64,000 bases of DNA from Antedon mediterranea. Lineage: Eukaryota > Animalia > Echinodermata. The stretch's first letter is position 1. Every line of letters starts with the position of its first letter. The DNA lies in the NCBI RefSeq assembly GCF_964355755.1, contig NC_092680.1, positions 21,771,045 through 21,835,044 on the forward strand. The letters run 5' to 3'. The notes under the pieces were generated by a model. The model worked only from the letters and a program-made list of their open reading frames with translations. It was not told where the DNA came from and searched no databases. Position numbers and translations under genes: made by a program. This document shows positions 41,062-54,107 of this stretch, in pieces.

Positions 41062-41823
41062 TAGTTTTATCCATAAACTTTGGTATAACTGGAACATTAA
41101 CCTCTTTTTATCAAAGAGAAAGATTTACGCTCTTCAGCAAATGATTTACATGTAAGAAGAAGCAGCATATTTTGCAATGTGACGAGGTAATAATCAAATG
41201 TAGGTTTAGTCACAAAGTGTATCGTTATCAAGTCAGTCTTATGTTTAGCTTACGATTATAGTTCATGGTAACTTTTAAAATGTTATTTATTATTTTAATC
41301 AAGTGTGAAATTACTTTTTAAAAAACCTTTAAACTGCATCAAAAATTAGATTCATTGTTAGATGTACGAGAGTGTACATTATTCCCTTTTAAATACTCTG
41401 TACTTTTTCTTAAAAATTGAGCTCTTTAATTGAAGTAGGATTTTGTTTTTATCCTAAAGAGAAGCAATGATGTTATTCAGCAGTGGTCACTTGAATTATA
41501 AATCAATTGTATTTTTGTAATTTCAACAATAATTGAGTTACACATCACAGCAATTACACATCTACAGGAAATGTTGCATATAAAAAATGATTGTATTTAC
41601 ATGAAATACTGTATGCTTAGGATGTAATGGAATCTAGTCTTCTGTTCTCAAAACTACAATGGTTACTTTTTTTTAAATATCATTATGATTTTTGAGTAAT
41701 TGTTTATCATAATTTATTTTAATGTTAATTTTATTTTTGAAGATAAAAGAGATGAAGAAATGCCTTCCTACAATCACACCATATTTGTATTTAATATTTT
41801 TTTAAAAATGAAGGAAAATTGCT

Positions 41824-42283
41824 GGTAAAAAAATGACAAATGTTGTGGGTAAAAAAATGACAAATGTTGTGGGTAAAAAAATGACAAATGTTGTGGGTAA
41901 AAAAATGGCAAATGTTGTGGGTAAAAAAATGACAAATGTTGTGGGTAAAAAAATGACAAATGATGTGGGTAAAAAAATGACAAATGATGTGGGTAAAAAA
42001 ATGACAAATGCTGTGGGTAAAAAAATGACAAATGCTGTGGGTAAAAAAATGACAAATGCTGTGGGTAAAAAAATGACAAATGTGGGTAAAAAAATGACAA
42101 ATGTTGTGGGTAAAAAAATGACAAATGTTGTGGGTAAAAAAATGACAAATGTTGTGGGTAAAAAAATGACAAATGTTGTGGGTAAAAAAATGACAAATGT
42201 TGTGGGTAAAAAAATGACAAATGTTGTGGGTAAAAAAATGACAAATGTTGTGGGTAAAAAAATGACAAATGTTGTGGGTAAAT
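41824..42283. repeat. 24-bp minisatellite, ~19 copies
   Basis: Unit ggtaaaaaaatgacaaatgttgtg. Confidence 0.95.
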
Positions 42284-42433
42284 AATAAGATAAATCAAAA
42301 CTATAAAGTAAAACAGTCAAAAAGAAATTGCAGCAGAGCTTTTGGGAAACACTAACCATGAGTATTCTGTATTAAATATTTATATTAGCAATGCTGCTAT
42401 ATGAACTACTGGTATTGTCTGGTTGTTTTAGAT

Positions 42434-42522
42434 CTAGTTTGAGTAGGGCAGGAGGCGCCCAGAGATGATCCGGGATGACTGAGACACTACTGATGCTGAC
42501 CGGGGTTCAATTAGACCGATCC
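42434..42522 (-). CDS. Putative alternative terminal coding exon of the KHDRBS-like gene
   Basis: Acceptor tttttcgctaaccag|; phase 1 matches the 44794 donor; encodes GIGLIEPRSASVVSQSSRIISGRLLPYSN*; GC-rich island in AT-rich DNA. Confidence 0.55.
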
Positions 42523-44264
42523 CTGGTTAGCGAAAAATGCGTATCCCCTTACTTCGGTTTGAATTTTTTTTTGCCATGGTTGGAATCCCTTTTATCATAT
42601 TAGTTTATGTTCAGTGCTTAGAGGTTTCACAACATTAGGCGCTATAGAAATCAAGGATATTATTAAATTATTTAGAAGAAATCCATGAGAATATAAAGTA
42701 ATTACGTTTCAGCTAAAATAATAAATTTAATTTAAATTCATCAGGTGATTCGCACCAGGTGGATCAACCAATGTGATTTAATTATAGATTTAATACTTTA
42801 ATTATAAAATCATTTTAATTCCATCGAACCTGGTCCATTGAGAATGTTTTAAACTTTGTAGGAAAGAATTAACTGCATAAATTTGGCGTAAAACCTTTAT
42901 TACAATCCATCAAAAGTTAAAACCTGAACATACTGCCTTCAAATACAAATTGCTCATTAGCATAATGACACCTGTAATGTCAACTTACTAATAGTAATAA
43001 GCAATGTTACTGACACCTTCAGCGCAAGTCAACAGCATATTAGATAGTGACACTTGTATTTGACCTTTTCTTCATTAGCATAATGGTGGTCTACTCTATT
43101 TATGCTGATTTTTTTATTTATTCTTACTCACCTATTGAGGATTACTAATTAGCATATATACACCTTCAATGCAATACATTTTCATGCAACATGTTTCAAG
43201 TACTTGGGCAATTTAAAAGTAGACAATAAGTATATATCACTGATGTTCTAGTCAACTTCAATTGTCTGTTAAACTGCGCTTTTATTATCTAGAATGATGT
43301 TAAATTCTAGTTTCTTTGACATTTGTTTCTCCGACTTATATTTTCAAATTATTTCACTCAGTTAACAAAAAATTATTGAAGTTTCTAATTTAAAAAATGA
43401 TGATTGTATTACACCTTTCAAGGCTTCTGTTGGTATTATTATTTTTTAGATAAAAATAGTCTTAATAAGTATACATGATTTTAAAAGTTACATTTCTTAA
43501 CATTCAATTAAATAATAATCATTTCTATAATAACATTTAAGCTGTTCAGGGGAATGGTTTTATATTCATAATCTTTTAAGTTGTTATTGAAGCACATGTT
43601 TATTTCTTGATTTTAGTCTGATTAATAAAGTACCACAGATTATTAATTAAAGGACATTTATATTTTATAGGGATACACAGATTATATATTATCTGTATAT
43701 TATTATTATAGTTAACAATATTATGAGCAACAGTTACATTTAACATGTTTATGTTTATATCTATTTACCTACTTTAATACAAGATCACTTTCACTAACAC
43801 AAACTTACAATTACATTTAACATAATTAATAATTATAGAGCCTTACATTAATGATTAAACTTACATAATTAATGACTTATCTAATTAATGATCTATTTAA
43901 GTTAACATCTGACATTTTTAACTTAACTAATTAATGTGCTTATGCTTATCTATCACAAGACAATATCAATCTATTAATGTTTTTTTTACTTGTTTTTAAT
44001 ATTTTTGAACAATTATTTTATGCAGTTGCTCCAATCAATCCAAACCCCATTTGATACGAACATTATCTGAAACTTTAGGCTTTTATTAATTTTTTTAAAC
44101 ATATTTTAAAATTTTTTTCAATTTGATAACAAAAAATTTAAGGGACATAATAGATGTACTGAACAATGGACAATGTATGAAAATAATAAACAGTAGTCAT
44201 GCGAGAGAAATGCATGTTATCTGGGTTTTAACAACCCTGAGTCAAGTAGTCGGATGCAAGCAGC

Positions 44265-47200
44265 CTACCTAGTGTACGGGTGAGCCCTGGCGTTCGTCTT
44301 CTGGGTGGTTGGAGCCTTTGTATGCAACATGGATTGACTCCAAGTGTCATCGCCACCTACAAGATAAAAACAAACAACACATAAATGTAATGGCCAAATT
44401 ATAATAAAAACATTGCATTAATACAATTTAAAAACGTTTTGTTTTTCACCTGCACAGAATGTTCCATATCACTGAGGCCAGTCAATTATTAAAACATGTC
44501 ATCTATCAGAATGTTCCATATCACTGAGGCCAGTCAATTATTAAAACATGTCATCTATTGGGTTTATGGTATGATTAATAATAAACACATTTTTACTTTA
44601 GTTTATTTGTGAAATGTTATTTCAATGTATTAATTTAATACTAAAACTAGCTTGCTTATTTTAAATGATGTTTAGTTTAATACTAAAACTAGCTTGCTTA
44701 TTTTAAATGATGTTTAGTTTAATACTAAAACTAGCTTGTTTCTTTTAAATGATGTTTAGTTGTTTTATTATTATTAAGGGTAGGTGTGTTTACCATAGCC
44801 ATCACCACTGCTTTGTATAGCACTGCCCGTGTAGTCCTCGTAACCGTAACCATCATTGCTACAAGGAAGACAACAACATTAATTAACATTTATTTTAAGT
44901 ATTAGTTTAGGATATTAAATTTTAACATTTTTTTAAAATATATTTTATTTATATTTTATTTTAATACAAGTTTTGTACTTTTTCAATTATGTCAATCTTT
45001 AGTTATTGACTTTAGTATATTTTATTAAATAAAATAGACTGTTCAGTGTTATTGTAGCATACAGTATAAAATAGATTGTTCAGTTTTATTATAGCACAAA
45101 ACTGCAAGTTTATGATACTTTTATTCCATTGAGATTCGGCGAGGATTAGTGATGACTTTCTTTAACTTTTTTCTGTAATTCAAATTATTTAAGAACCAAA
45201 TTCTATTTTTGTGTGAAATTGTAAAAATGTACAGTATGATGTAACTGATGACATCAGTTTGTAATTTGTGTACAATTTTTCTTCTTTTATTGCATGTTTT
45301 TGATTTAATTAAAGATACATTATTATTATTTTAATATTCTTTAGCTAATTTATACATTCTATAACAGATTCACACCATTTAAAATATTTCTGTTTAACAG
45401 ATCTTATACTGCGATTTAAAAATACTGTATTAAGTTATTTAAGCACTATTATAACATTAAAATGATATTTTTATCTTCAGTTTTTTTTAATTATTTTATT
45501 TTGGGGACCCATGAAAGCAGTGGTAGTGGAGGGGGGAGGTACGCTTATTTTACTCAGTGGTAGTGGAGGGGGGAAGTACACTTATCTTACTCACCCTTGT
45601 GTGTTATATCCGTCATCATATGACTGGTCGTACTGCTGGCCATATTCATACTAAATTATGTCCATTTAAAATAAAACAAGTTAAGACAAAATATTAATCC
45701 AAAATTATTGTAATAAAAGTTAATAAAATTACTGCAAACTAATTTGAATAGCAATTGTGAAATGGGTACTCACATAGTCATTAGATCCCTGATAGCCACC
45801 ATGGCCGCCATACCCACCCCGTGGAGCTCCTCTTGATGGCCCTCCCCTCAATGGTCCCCTACCAGGTGGTGCTGCACCTCTCAATCCTGCCCTTGGTGGT
45901 CCTCCTCTACCTGGTCCTCCTCTTAATGATGGTCCTCCTCTTGGGATACCTCTTCCTCCCCTTGGTGGTGGTGCACCTCGCAGCGGTGGCCCACCTCGTC
46001 TGCCTCCTCTTCCTACGATTGGTTCTGAAAATGAGCCCTTTATCATCGCCATTTCTTGGATCTGATTTATTCGGATTTCATCATTGTTATCCTGACAAAA
46101 TACAAAGTATAATAATGTGTTCAATAATTTGGTTTGATAATCATGCTATCAAATCATGCTATCAAATCATGCTATCAAATCATGCTATCAAATCTCTCCA
46201 TAAAACGCACCTATTTCAATAGTTATTCTTTTTGTATTTCACTGTTTGTTTGTTTGTTTGTTTTTATTGATTGAAAAAGTGTGATGTGCCCAAATATGGG
46301 CACATTTTTTGTCACATAAAAGTTTGATAGTGTAGACAGAGCTTTACATTGTCAGACTCCAATAAAGACCACTCTATAATGTTCAATATTATTGTAATGA
46401 AAATGATGAAACTTACAGGAACAAGATGGTACTGGACTTCAGCAAGAGCGGTAGCCAGCCTCTGATAAGCCTCTACAACCTGTGCGTATGCCTCTATGTG
46501 GATGTGTAATTCATCATTTAAATGTGAAAATTTTGGGTTCCCTTCATTACGTAATGCTTCTTCCTATTTGAAAAAAAAAACAAACAAAAATTAATTAATT
46601 TCAGAGTACATATTGGTAATCAAAATGATTAAAGTATCAAAAGGGAATTTGGGTACAAGTATAGGTTGAAAAAAAAATAGGATGTTTTCAATAGGCTAGG
46701 AAATTGAAGAAATGCTGCTGTCTTCTTTTATGCAACATTCTGGTATTGGCAATTAAATTGTGAACATCATTGTCCTGCAATATTAAATCACAAAACAGAA
46801 AGTAAAATAAAAACCCAACCATTTTATCACACAAGTTTACAAGAGGCCTTCTTACCTTCTGTTTATCTCTCATTGACCCTTTCCCTAATATGGAAATTCT
46901 TGTTTTTGTTTCTTCTTGCATTCTCTTCAGGGAATTACCTCTTGGTCCAAGTAATTTACCAATAAAGTTGAACTAAAAGTAAATTGTAAACTTAAATGCT
47001 CATAAAATTACATTCAATAAAGCAGTTACTCAGTTTGTGAAAGCCTACTTTTGTGTGCACCTAAAGCCCTGTCCACACTATCACTAGTTTGACAAAAAAA
47101 GTGTGATGTGCCCAAATATGGGCACATTTTTTGTCACATAAAAGTTTGATAGTGTAGACAGAGCTTTACATTGTTTGTGGTATGTTCTACCAACAAATTC

Positions 47201-47937
47201 AACAATCAAACAATTTGACTTTAAAAAAAAGTCCAGATAAAGAAGAGTTTAAGACATAGGCCTATACAGTTAACTGATTAGCATACCTTTGGGTGTTCTT
47301 TTACAGGTATGCGAACCTTTGCTTCTAACCGTACTGGTTTTGTTGAATTTACTTCAATCAACTCTGTTGACGATGATGTCCTGATGATACTCTGTTGTTC
47401 ACCATCGCCATCTGAAATTCAATTTTAAAAACTGGTTATACTATATAATATGGTAGTACATTTATAGATCCCACATAGAGGGATATTTTTACGGCGGCCG
47501 AAGTGAATGACGGCGCGGCCAATACCCACTGTATCTCTACCGATCCCGCCTCGGCCAACTCCTCTACCTATCTAGTTAGGCTTAATCTACTACGACTAGA
47601 AAATAGCACACTACTAGCATAAACTGTGGCCTTATTAGCTAGCTAGCTTTACCGGGAATAAATCGTAAAGACAACATTCTTTTACGTCATCGATGTAGGC
47701 CTACAGACAGACAACAAAAATGTGATGGAGGCAGCATGAAAATCCTGCTTTCTTTCTTTCTTCCACCACCACTACCACCAACATTAACAACATCCATCGT
47801 GAGCCATCGTGCACACCACAGACGAGACAACAAATGAGTGTCATTACTTCATTATTATAACATTGAAAAACATATTTTTCCTAATTTAAAAAATGTAATA
47901 TTTACTTACCTACTGATTCTACCTTTAAGCCATCCAT
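44265..47937 (-). CDS. KHDRBS: KH-domain STAR-family RNA-binding protein, KHDRBS (Sam68/SLM)-like
   Basis: Exons: 47937-47910, 47411-47287, 46972-46856, 46563-46417, 46091-45774, 45650-45595, 44858-44794, 44356-44265. [62 protein letters not shown]/Pro-rich region, Tyr-rich tail, C-terminal RAHPYTR* (cf. Sam68 REHPYGRY). Confidence 0.93.
46275..46343. mobile_element. MITE family A right half
   Basis: Identical to the right part of the 47064-47165 copy, including its flank. Confidence 0.75.
47064..47165. mobile_element. MITE family A, internally deleted copy
   Basis: agccctgtccacactatc...agtttgatagtgtagacagagct. Confidence 0.8.
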
Positions 47938-49553
47938 TTTTATATAAAATAAGTTAATAATACACAACTTTTTCACAATAATTGACTGAATTTAATAGAC
48001 CACTACTCACACACGCCGTTAAAATGACCGGTGGCCTACTACAACACCATGCGTTTCTTGTCTATATACACATTTTAATTAATTTATTAATCCGCGGTTT
48101 ATCATCTTATTTCCACTTTAGATATTACTATTTCAATACAATTATCTCTTTAGGCATATAGGCCTATATATAAATATGTAGAAAACTATATGCGTAATGT
48201 TTACTTCTGTTTCGTACTATAATAAAACATTTCCACTAATATTATTTGGACTATATTTTATTCGCAAAATGCGAATGAATACTAATGTATGCACTGTGTA
48301 CTGTGTGAGCTGCTGAGAAAGAAAAGAAATGGTGCCAAAAATAATCATATTAGTCGCCCGCCCTCTATTAATAATACTCTAAAATAATCATCTAGTTAAA
48401 TAAAATAAAATACCTTTTTTATAAATTCCTATATATAATATTTAAAAGAAACGAAGAATGAAATATATATATATATATCTATATATATTAGAAGAAAAAA
48501 AAACTTCAATGAACAGAACAAAAACTACATCTGCTATTTGTGAACCCTCACGAATGTTGAATTAACGTTTCGGACATTTTTTTGTTACGGTATTCAGTTA
48601 ATCTTCTCTTTATATTTCGGACTTCATATCCACAAAGAACGGTACACATTAACAAAAAATAAACCATCTGTTTTTATTGAGATTGTCTGTACACAATTGT
48701 GCTTTTGAAGGCGTGATTTTATAACTATGCCTTTTGTTTGTTAAATCTATTGGCTGCTGATTTGTTTTATTATTTAATTTTGTGAATGATATATGTTATC
48801 CTTTGTTGTTACAATTCTCTTGATGATGGGCTATGTCCGAAACATGTTGGTTTAATAAATTTATATTGAGGCAGTTTTAACTTGTTTGATTTTTTTTTTC
48901 TATCTATCGAATCGTCTGATAGCATGGCATTGCAAAAGCAATCGATTATATACACTACAACAAAAATGGTTTTCGTAAATTGCTCCATTACCATTTAAAA
49001 TATTTTGATTCAAATAATACAAGGCATGTCTGTAATACCATATAATGAGGACAAAGTAATTATAATTAATTATGATAATAACATTGCTTATTTGCACATG
49101 CGTACTCATCCAATTAAGTCCCTAAAGAAGATACTGGATTGACAGTACACAGTCACGTCACTCATCAATAAACATCTCTGCTGAGGAACCACGATTAGGT
49201 ATTACACTCTGACGATATTACGGTTCTTTGGCAAAATCACGTCATTTTTTCTCATTTAATACAATATATTATATTCTGATATAACTGTTGACTTCATTTT
49301 TCGGCGGCGTTGATGCGAGAAGTGCAGACGTAGGCCTACTACCGAATCAATGTTACTTATATAATTATAATGCACAGATTGAATGTTGATGATCACCTGT
49401 TACTTTCTTACAGTACTGTATATTTAAGCTTATCTTTTATTTTTGCTGACATTGGGGGAAATTTATTTTGATCGGTGGTATACTGGTATAGCTAATATGG
49501 ATTTCCCTTGCACTATCTTATAACGTTTATTTTTGCATAGGTTGCGTATTTCG
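47938..49553. promoter_or_regulatory. Divergent (head-to-head) intergenic/promoter region between the KHDRBS-like and carotenoid oxygenase genes
   Basis: Start codons face away ~1.6 kb apart; includes cgcccgccc (GC-box-like, ~48356) and tcacgtca motifs (~49153, ~49238). An acceptor at 49540 suggests a non-coding first exon for the oxygenase. Confidence 0.45.
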
Positions 49554-52500
49554 ATGGAAAGTACACAGAAGGCACCGATTACATTCCCTCACATCTCGTA
49601 TACATCGATATCAAAAGATGTCCAACATCCCGTAGCAGGTCGAGTTACAGGTAACACTTATCTTCATTCATTCGATTATTCGTCTTTTAATTCAACATTT
49701 TATTCCGACCAAAATCAAACCAAGCCATTTTGGCTTGCTCAAAGCGAGGGTTTAGTTTCATAATCACTGCAATGGATAATAATATACCGTGCGAGTACCG
49801 TGCGAGTACCGTGCGAGTATATCGAACATAACATACACTTAATTTGAGTAATGAATCATAAACCCGATAGGCGGTGACTGCTGGTGACGTGTGTGCACTT
49901 TAGCATTGGGCCTATTAATATTCATTTTATATAAATTAATCTATTTGTATTTAATTTAAAAACATCATTTTCTTTCACAATACATAGGCCTACACTGATG
50001 TGTTAAAAATTTTTATCTAAGGTAACATTCCAAAATGGCTATGTGGTAGTTTCTTCCGACTTGGACCAGGAAAGTTCGAAGTTGGTAAACAGCAGTTTGA
50101 TCACTGGTTTGACGGATTTGCCGTGATACATCGATACAAGATTAAGCAGGGTGCTGTGACATACGACCATAAACTAATTCAAAGTGAGGGATATAAAAGC
50201 GCTCAACGCTGTGGACAATTAACTAATGTGGGATTTGGTACCGTCACTTATCCTGATCCTTGCAAGAGTCTATTTCATCGATTTATGTCGTATTTTGAAA
50301 TACCAGCAACCGATAATTGTAACGTAAACTTAATGGTTCTTGGTAAAGATATGTTTGCTCTCACAGAATCATACACAATTCAAAAAATAAATGAGCGTAC
50401 GTTAGATACAGAAGAATCAGTAAGTTGTAGCATTATCAGTAAGTTACAATACTTACAGTTAGAATCATAGGCCTATACTTAAGTTACAATACTTACAGTT
50501 AGAATCATAGGCCTATACTTAAGTTACAATACTTACAGTTAGAATCATAGGCCTATACTTAAGTTACAATACTTACAGTTAGAATCATAGGCCTATACTT
50601 AAGTTACAATACTTACAGTTAGAATCATAGGCCTACCTACTTAAGTTACAATACTTAATTACAGTTAGAATCATAGGCCTACCTAGGCCTACTTAAGTTA
50701 CAATACTTACAGTTAGAATCATAGGCCTACTTACTTAAGTTACAATACTTACAGTTATAATCATAGGCCTACTTACTTAAGTTACAATACTTACAGTTAA
50801 AATCATAGGCCTATACTTAAGTTACAATACTTACAGTTAGAATCATAGGCCTACCTACTTTAGTTACAATACTTACAGTTACAATCATAGGCCTACCTAC
50901 ATAAGTTACAACAGTCATAGGTCTACATTAATTCAGGGACGTATATGTAAGTTACACAGTTACGCTTCAGTTTAGGATACAGGAGCCATACTTCACTTAG
51001 CATACAGGTACCTATTAAGTAACATTTTCTCAGTAATACATTTGTATTTCATGTTTAGATCGATATTCGTAAGTATGTTCCCTTGATTGCTCAAACTGCG
51101 CATCCTCACACAGCCTCTGATGGAACTGTTTACAACATGGGTACTTCTGTAGATTATCGAATTCGATACAATATTATTCAAATTCCACCGAAGACAATAA
51201 AAGGTATTAATTGTGTTTATACTTGCTTGCTTGAATAGGTCAGAGGGAAGGAAAATATTCTGATTTATCCATACTTTATTTTTAAAGAGTAGCTGTAATA
51301 ATATATTGTGTTATATGATTATTATTATTAGAGCTATACTATTACTAGAGCCCACTTACTATTAATGATTAGAATTTTAAATCATATAATTTATAAGGCC
51401 TAATAATAATGCTTATAAATGCGACGTTGTCACGGTGATATGTTCATTCCAACCATTAACATTCGTGACGTGAGGTGTTACTTAATTGGTGCTGGCCAAA
51501 ACTGTCTTGCGATAAATAAATTATTCCACCACTATTTCTCCGCAACATCCTGGTATCAGGATTAGTTCCCACTTGGACGACGCGCGCAACAACGTCAGAA
51601 AACGCAAGTAATTTGACCAATCACAGGAATGGATTATTCGAACTGTAGCTTTTCAATGGTCAACTCGCTAATTGCGTCGCGCTTACGTAATTGTGTTTCG
51701 TTCTTGTGTGAACTAAGCTTAGAGCCTTGGCTTTCGAAATACCAAGATTTCACACGACGAATGTTATTTTCTCCATATACAAAGATATATTATTCGATGT
51801 GTATAAATGATTTGTATTGCAATCAATATATTATTTAATGGATCGTCCAATACGAGACTTCTCAAAATAGAGAATTAAATTCTTTTCTCGTCCACTGAAA
51901 TATAGAGATAACAAAGGATTTATGATTTTAAATAATAATAAAACATTGTTTTAAAAGCATGTATGTTTATATTCATAGAATCCGGCGTTGGGGACTTGAA
52001 TGGTGCTTCTGTGCTGTCTAGAATCACGTGCCCAGGAATCCATCCATCATACTTCCATAGCTTTGGTATAACATCAAACTTTATAGTGTTTGTTGAACAA
52101 CCGTTAACAATAAACGCGTTCAGAGCGTTGACGTTTAGGTTGCTTGGTAACCCAATGGACTCGTGCTTGGATTGGAATCCTGCGAAAAGAACATATTTTC
52201 ACCTTATTCGTAGGGACACAGGGGAGCATTTAAAAACGCGTTACTCAGCCAAAGCGTTTTTCACTTTGCATCATATCAACGCGTTTGAACAAGATGGCCA
52301 TGTTGTTGTCGATATGTGTTGCTATGAAAATGTAGATGTTTTGAACTTTTTCAAGATTAAAAATATGAAAGCAGGATTTATTCCAGAAACTGATAATAAA
52401 CCAATGCGATTTGTACTTCCCATTATGGAAGCTGAGGTAATCATAAATAAATACAAATACAAGTAATGAAAGAAAAGCTAGCTGAGAATTTTTAGAACAT

Positions 52501-54107
52501 TTAGACGGATGTTACCATACCGTAACTATAACTTTCTCGTCTTTGGAAAAGACGTTAAGCCCTGTCTACACTATCAAACTAGTTTGAAAAAAAAAGGTGT
52601 GATGTGCCCAAATATGGTAGTGATATGACATCATCATGTCAATATATGGACATGTTTTTGACACATAAAGTTTGATAGTGTAGACAGAGCTGTATGTTTT
52701 AAAACTAGAAACTATGTACTATAAAGTACAAATTGATAATATACGGAGCATCCGTATTTTCTGAGGACAGAATGCATGGATGATTCTGAGCCCTTCTACT
52801 GAATGCAAAATATTCAATTGAGGAATATGCAAGTGCTGTAAAATTTGGAATAAGTTTTTTTTTATCATCTCAATTAGAATATTGGAACTTCAACAGAGCA
52901 ACTGGTCACTTTGGCAGGAAGTGACGCAAGAGCCTATTTAACATCATTTGACCATGTGTACGTAGAACCAGAAATGATTTCGGACGTTTGTGAGTACACT
53001 GCTGTTGGTTGTTATAAATAGGGAAAATAATAATAACGCACTATTGGTATGGAATCTCTTTATAATAATAAATAATTTGAACCAAACCATGAAAGAAGAT
53101 GTCTTAATCTCCATCGGTTGTTCAATTTATCTCAGACCACTGGGAGGTTTCTGAGTTCATAAAAATACAATTATGAAATTGATATCTACATTTGTTTTAC
53201 AGCTGTGGAAGTTCCACAAATAAACTACGCATCTTATAACGGTAAACCATACCGTTACTTCTATGGACTTGGATACGGACTACAAACCGTAAGAATACTC
53301 TCGTACTTTTCTCTACCAAATAAACGTAGATCTTCAGAAGGAACTTAAGACGGCTACAAGAACAGAACAGAACATCACCTAACCATGAATACCGCAACTG
53401 TATATTTTATATGATATTTTCATGATAGAGGATGAATAAAGAATATTTGAATTTAAAAAAAAAAACTGTCAAATCCGTTCGCACCTCTTTTATCTCCGCT
53501 ACTGACTACACCACCCATAATATTGCTGCAATTCCCTATTTTCCGATATAATTATGATTGTATACTTGTTTTTATTTAGTTGTTAAAAGTGGACATATCG
53601 ACCAAGACCAGTACATCATGGAGGGAGGTGGACTGGTTTCCGTCTGAGCCGATATTCGTTGAATCACCCAACGCTCAGCAAGAAGACGAAGGTAAGTGTT
53701 AAACACCACTTCCTTTCCTGTCTACACTAACACATTTATGTGACAAAAAATATGATGTGCCTATAATGGACATGATGATGTCATATCACTACCATATTTG
53801 AGCATATCACTACCATAATTGGGCACATCACACTTTTTTTGTAAAACTAGTTTGATAGAGTAGACAGAGCTTTACACCTTGAATCATGTTACTATTAGTT
53901 TTTAAATGATTATTCGTTTTCTACAATTCACTTTTTAAAAATTTAATTATAGGAGTTATCCTCTCATCCGTGATTCACCTTAAAGGCGAACAACCACCCT
54001 TCCTATTAATACTTGACGCTAACACATTTACTGAAGTAGCACGAGCAGAGATTCCGGCAGATGTTGTCTACGGCATGCACGGACTGTTCGTCCCAGATTG
54101 TGTTTAG
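49554..54107 (+). CDS. Carotenoid cleavage oxygenase (BCO1/BCO2/RPE65/NinaB family)
   Basis: Exons: 49554-49650, 50022-50419, 51059-51203, 51979-52436, 52878-52989, 53203-53288, 53580-53691, 53953-54107 (TAG). Motifs: GNIPKWLCGSFFRLGPG, HWFDG, PDPCKSLF, TDNCNVN, TAHPH, YFHSFG, LHHINAFE, EVPQINY, FPSEPIFV, EDEGVILS, MHGLF. All four Fe-binding His are present. Confidence 0.94.
50439..50912. repeat. ~40-bp tandem repeat, ~11 copies, beginning ~20 bp after a donor site
   Basis: Unit taagttacaatacttacagttagaatcataggcctatact. Confidence 0.9.
52558..52691. mobile_element. MITE family A copy
   Basis: agccctgtctacactatcaaactagtttg...agtttgatagtgtagacagagct. Confidence 0.85.
53717..53871. mobile_element. 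MITE family A copy
   Basis: cctgtctacacta...gggcacatcacac...agtttgatagagtagacagagct. Confidence 0.8.

Noticed and set aside
41774-42359. Three overlapping repetitive ORFs
   Set aside because: 24-bp minisatellite open in several frames by chance.
45821-46222. 133-aa hydrophobic + strand ORF
   Set aside because: Antisense shadow of the RGG-rich KHDRBS exon.
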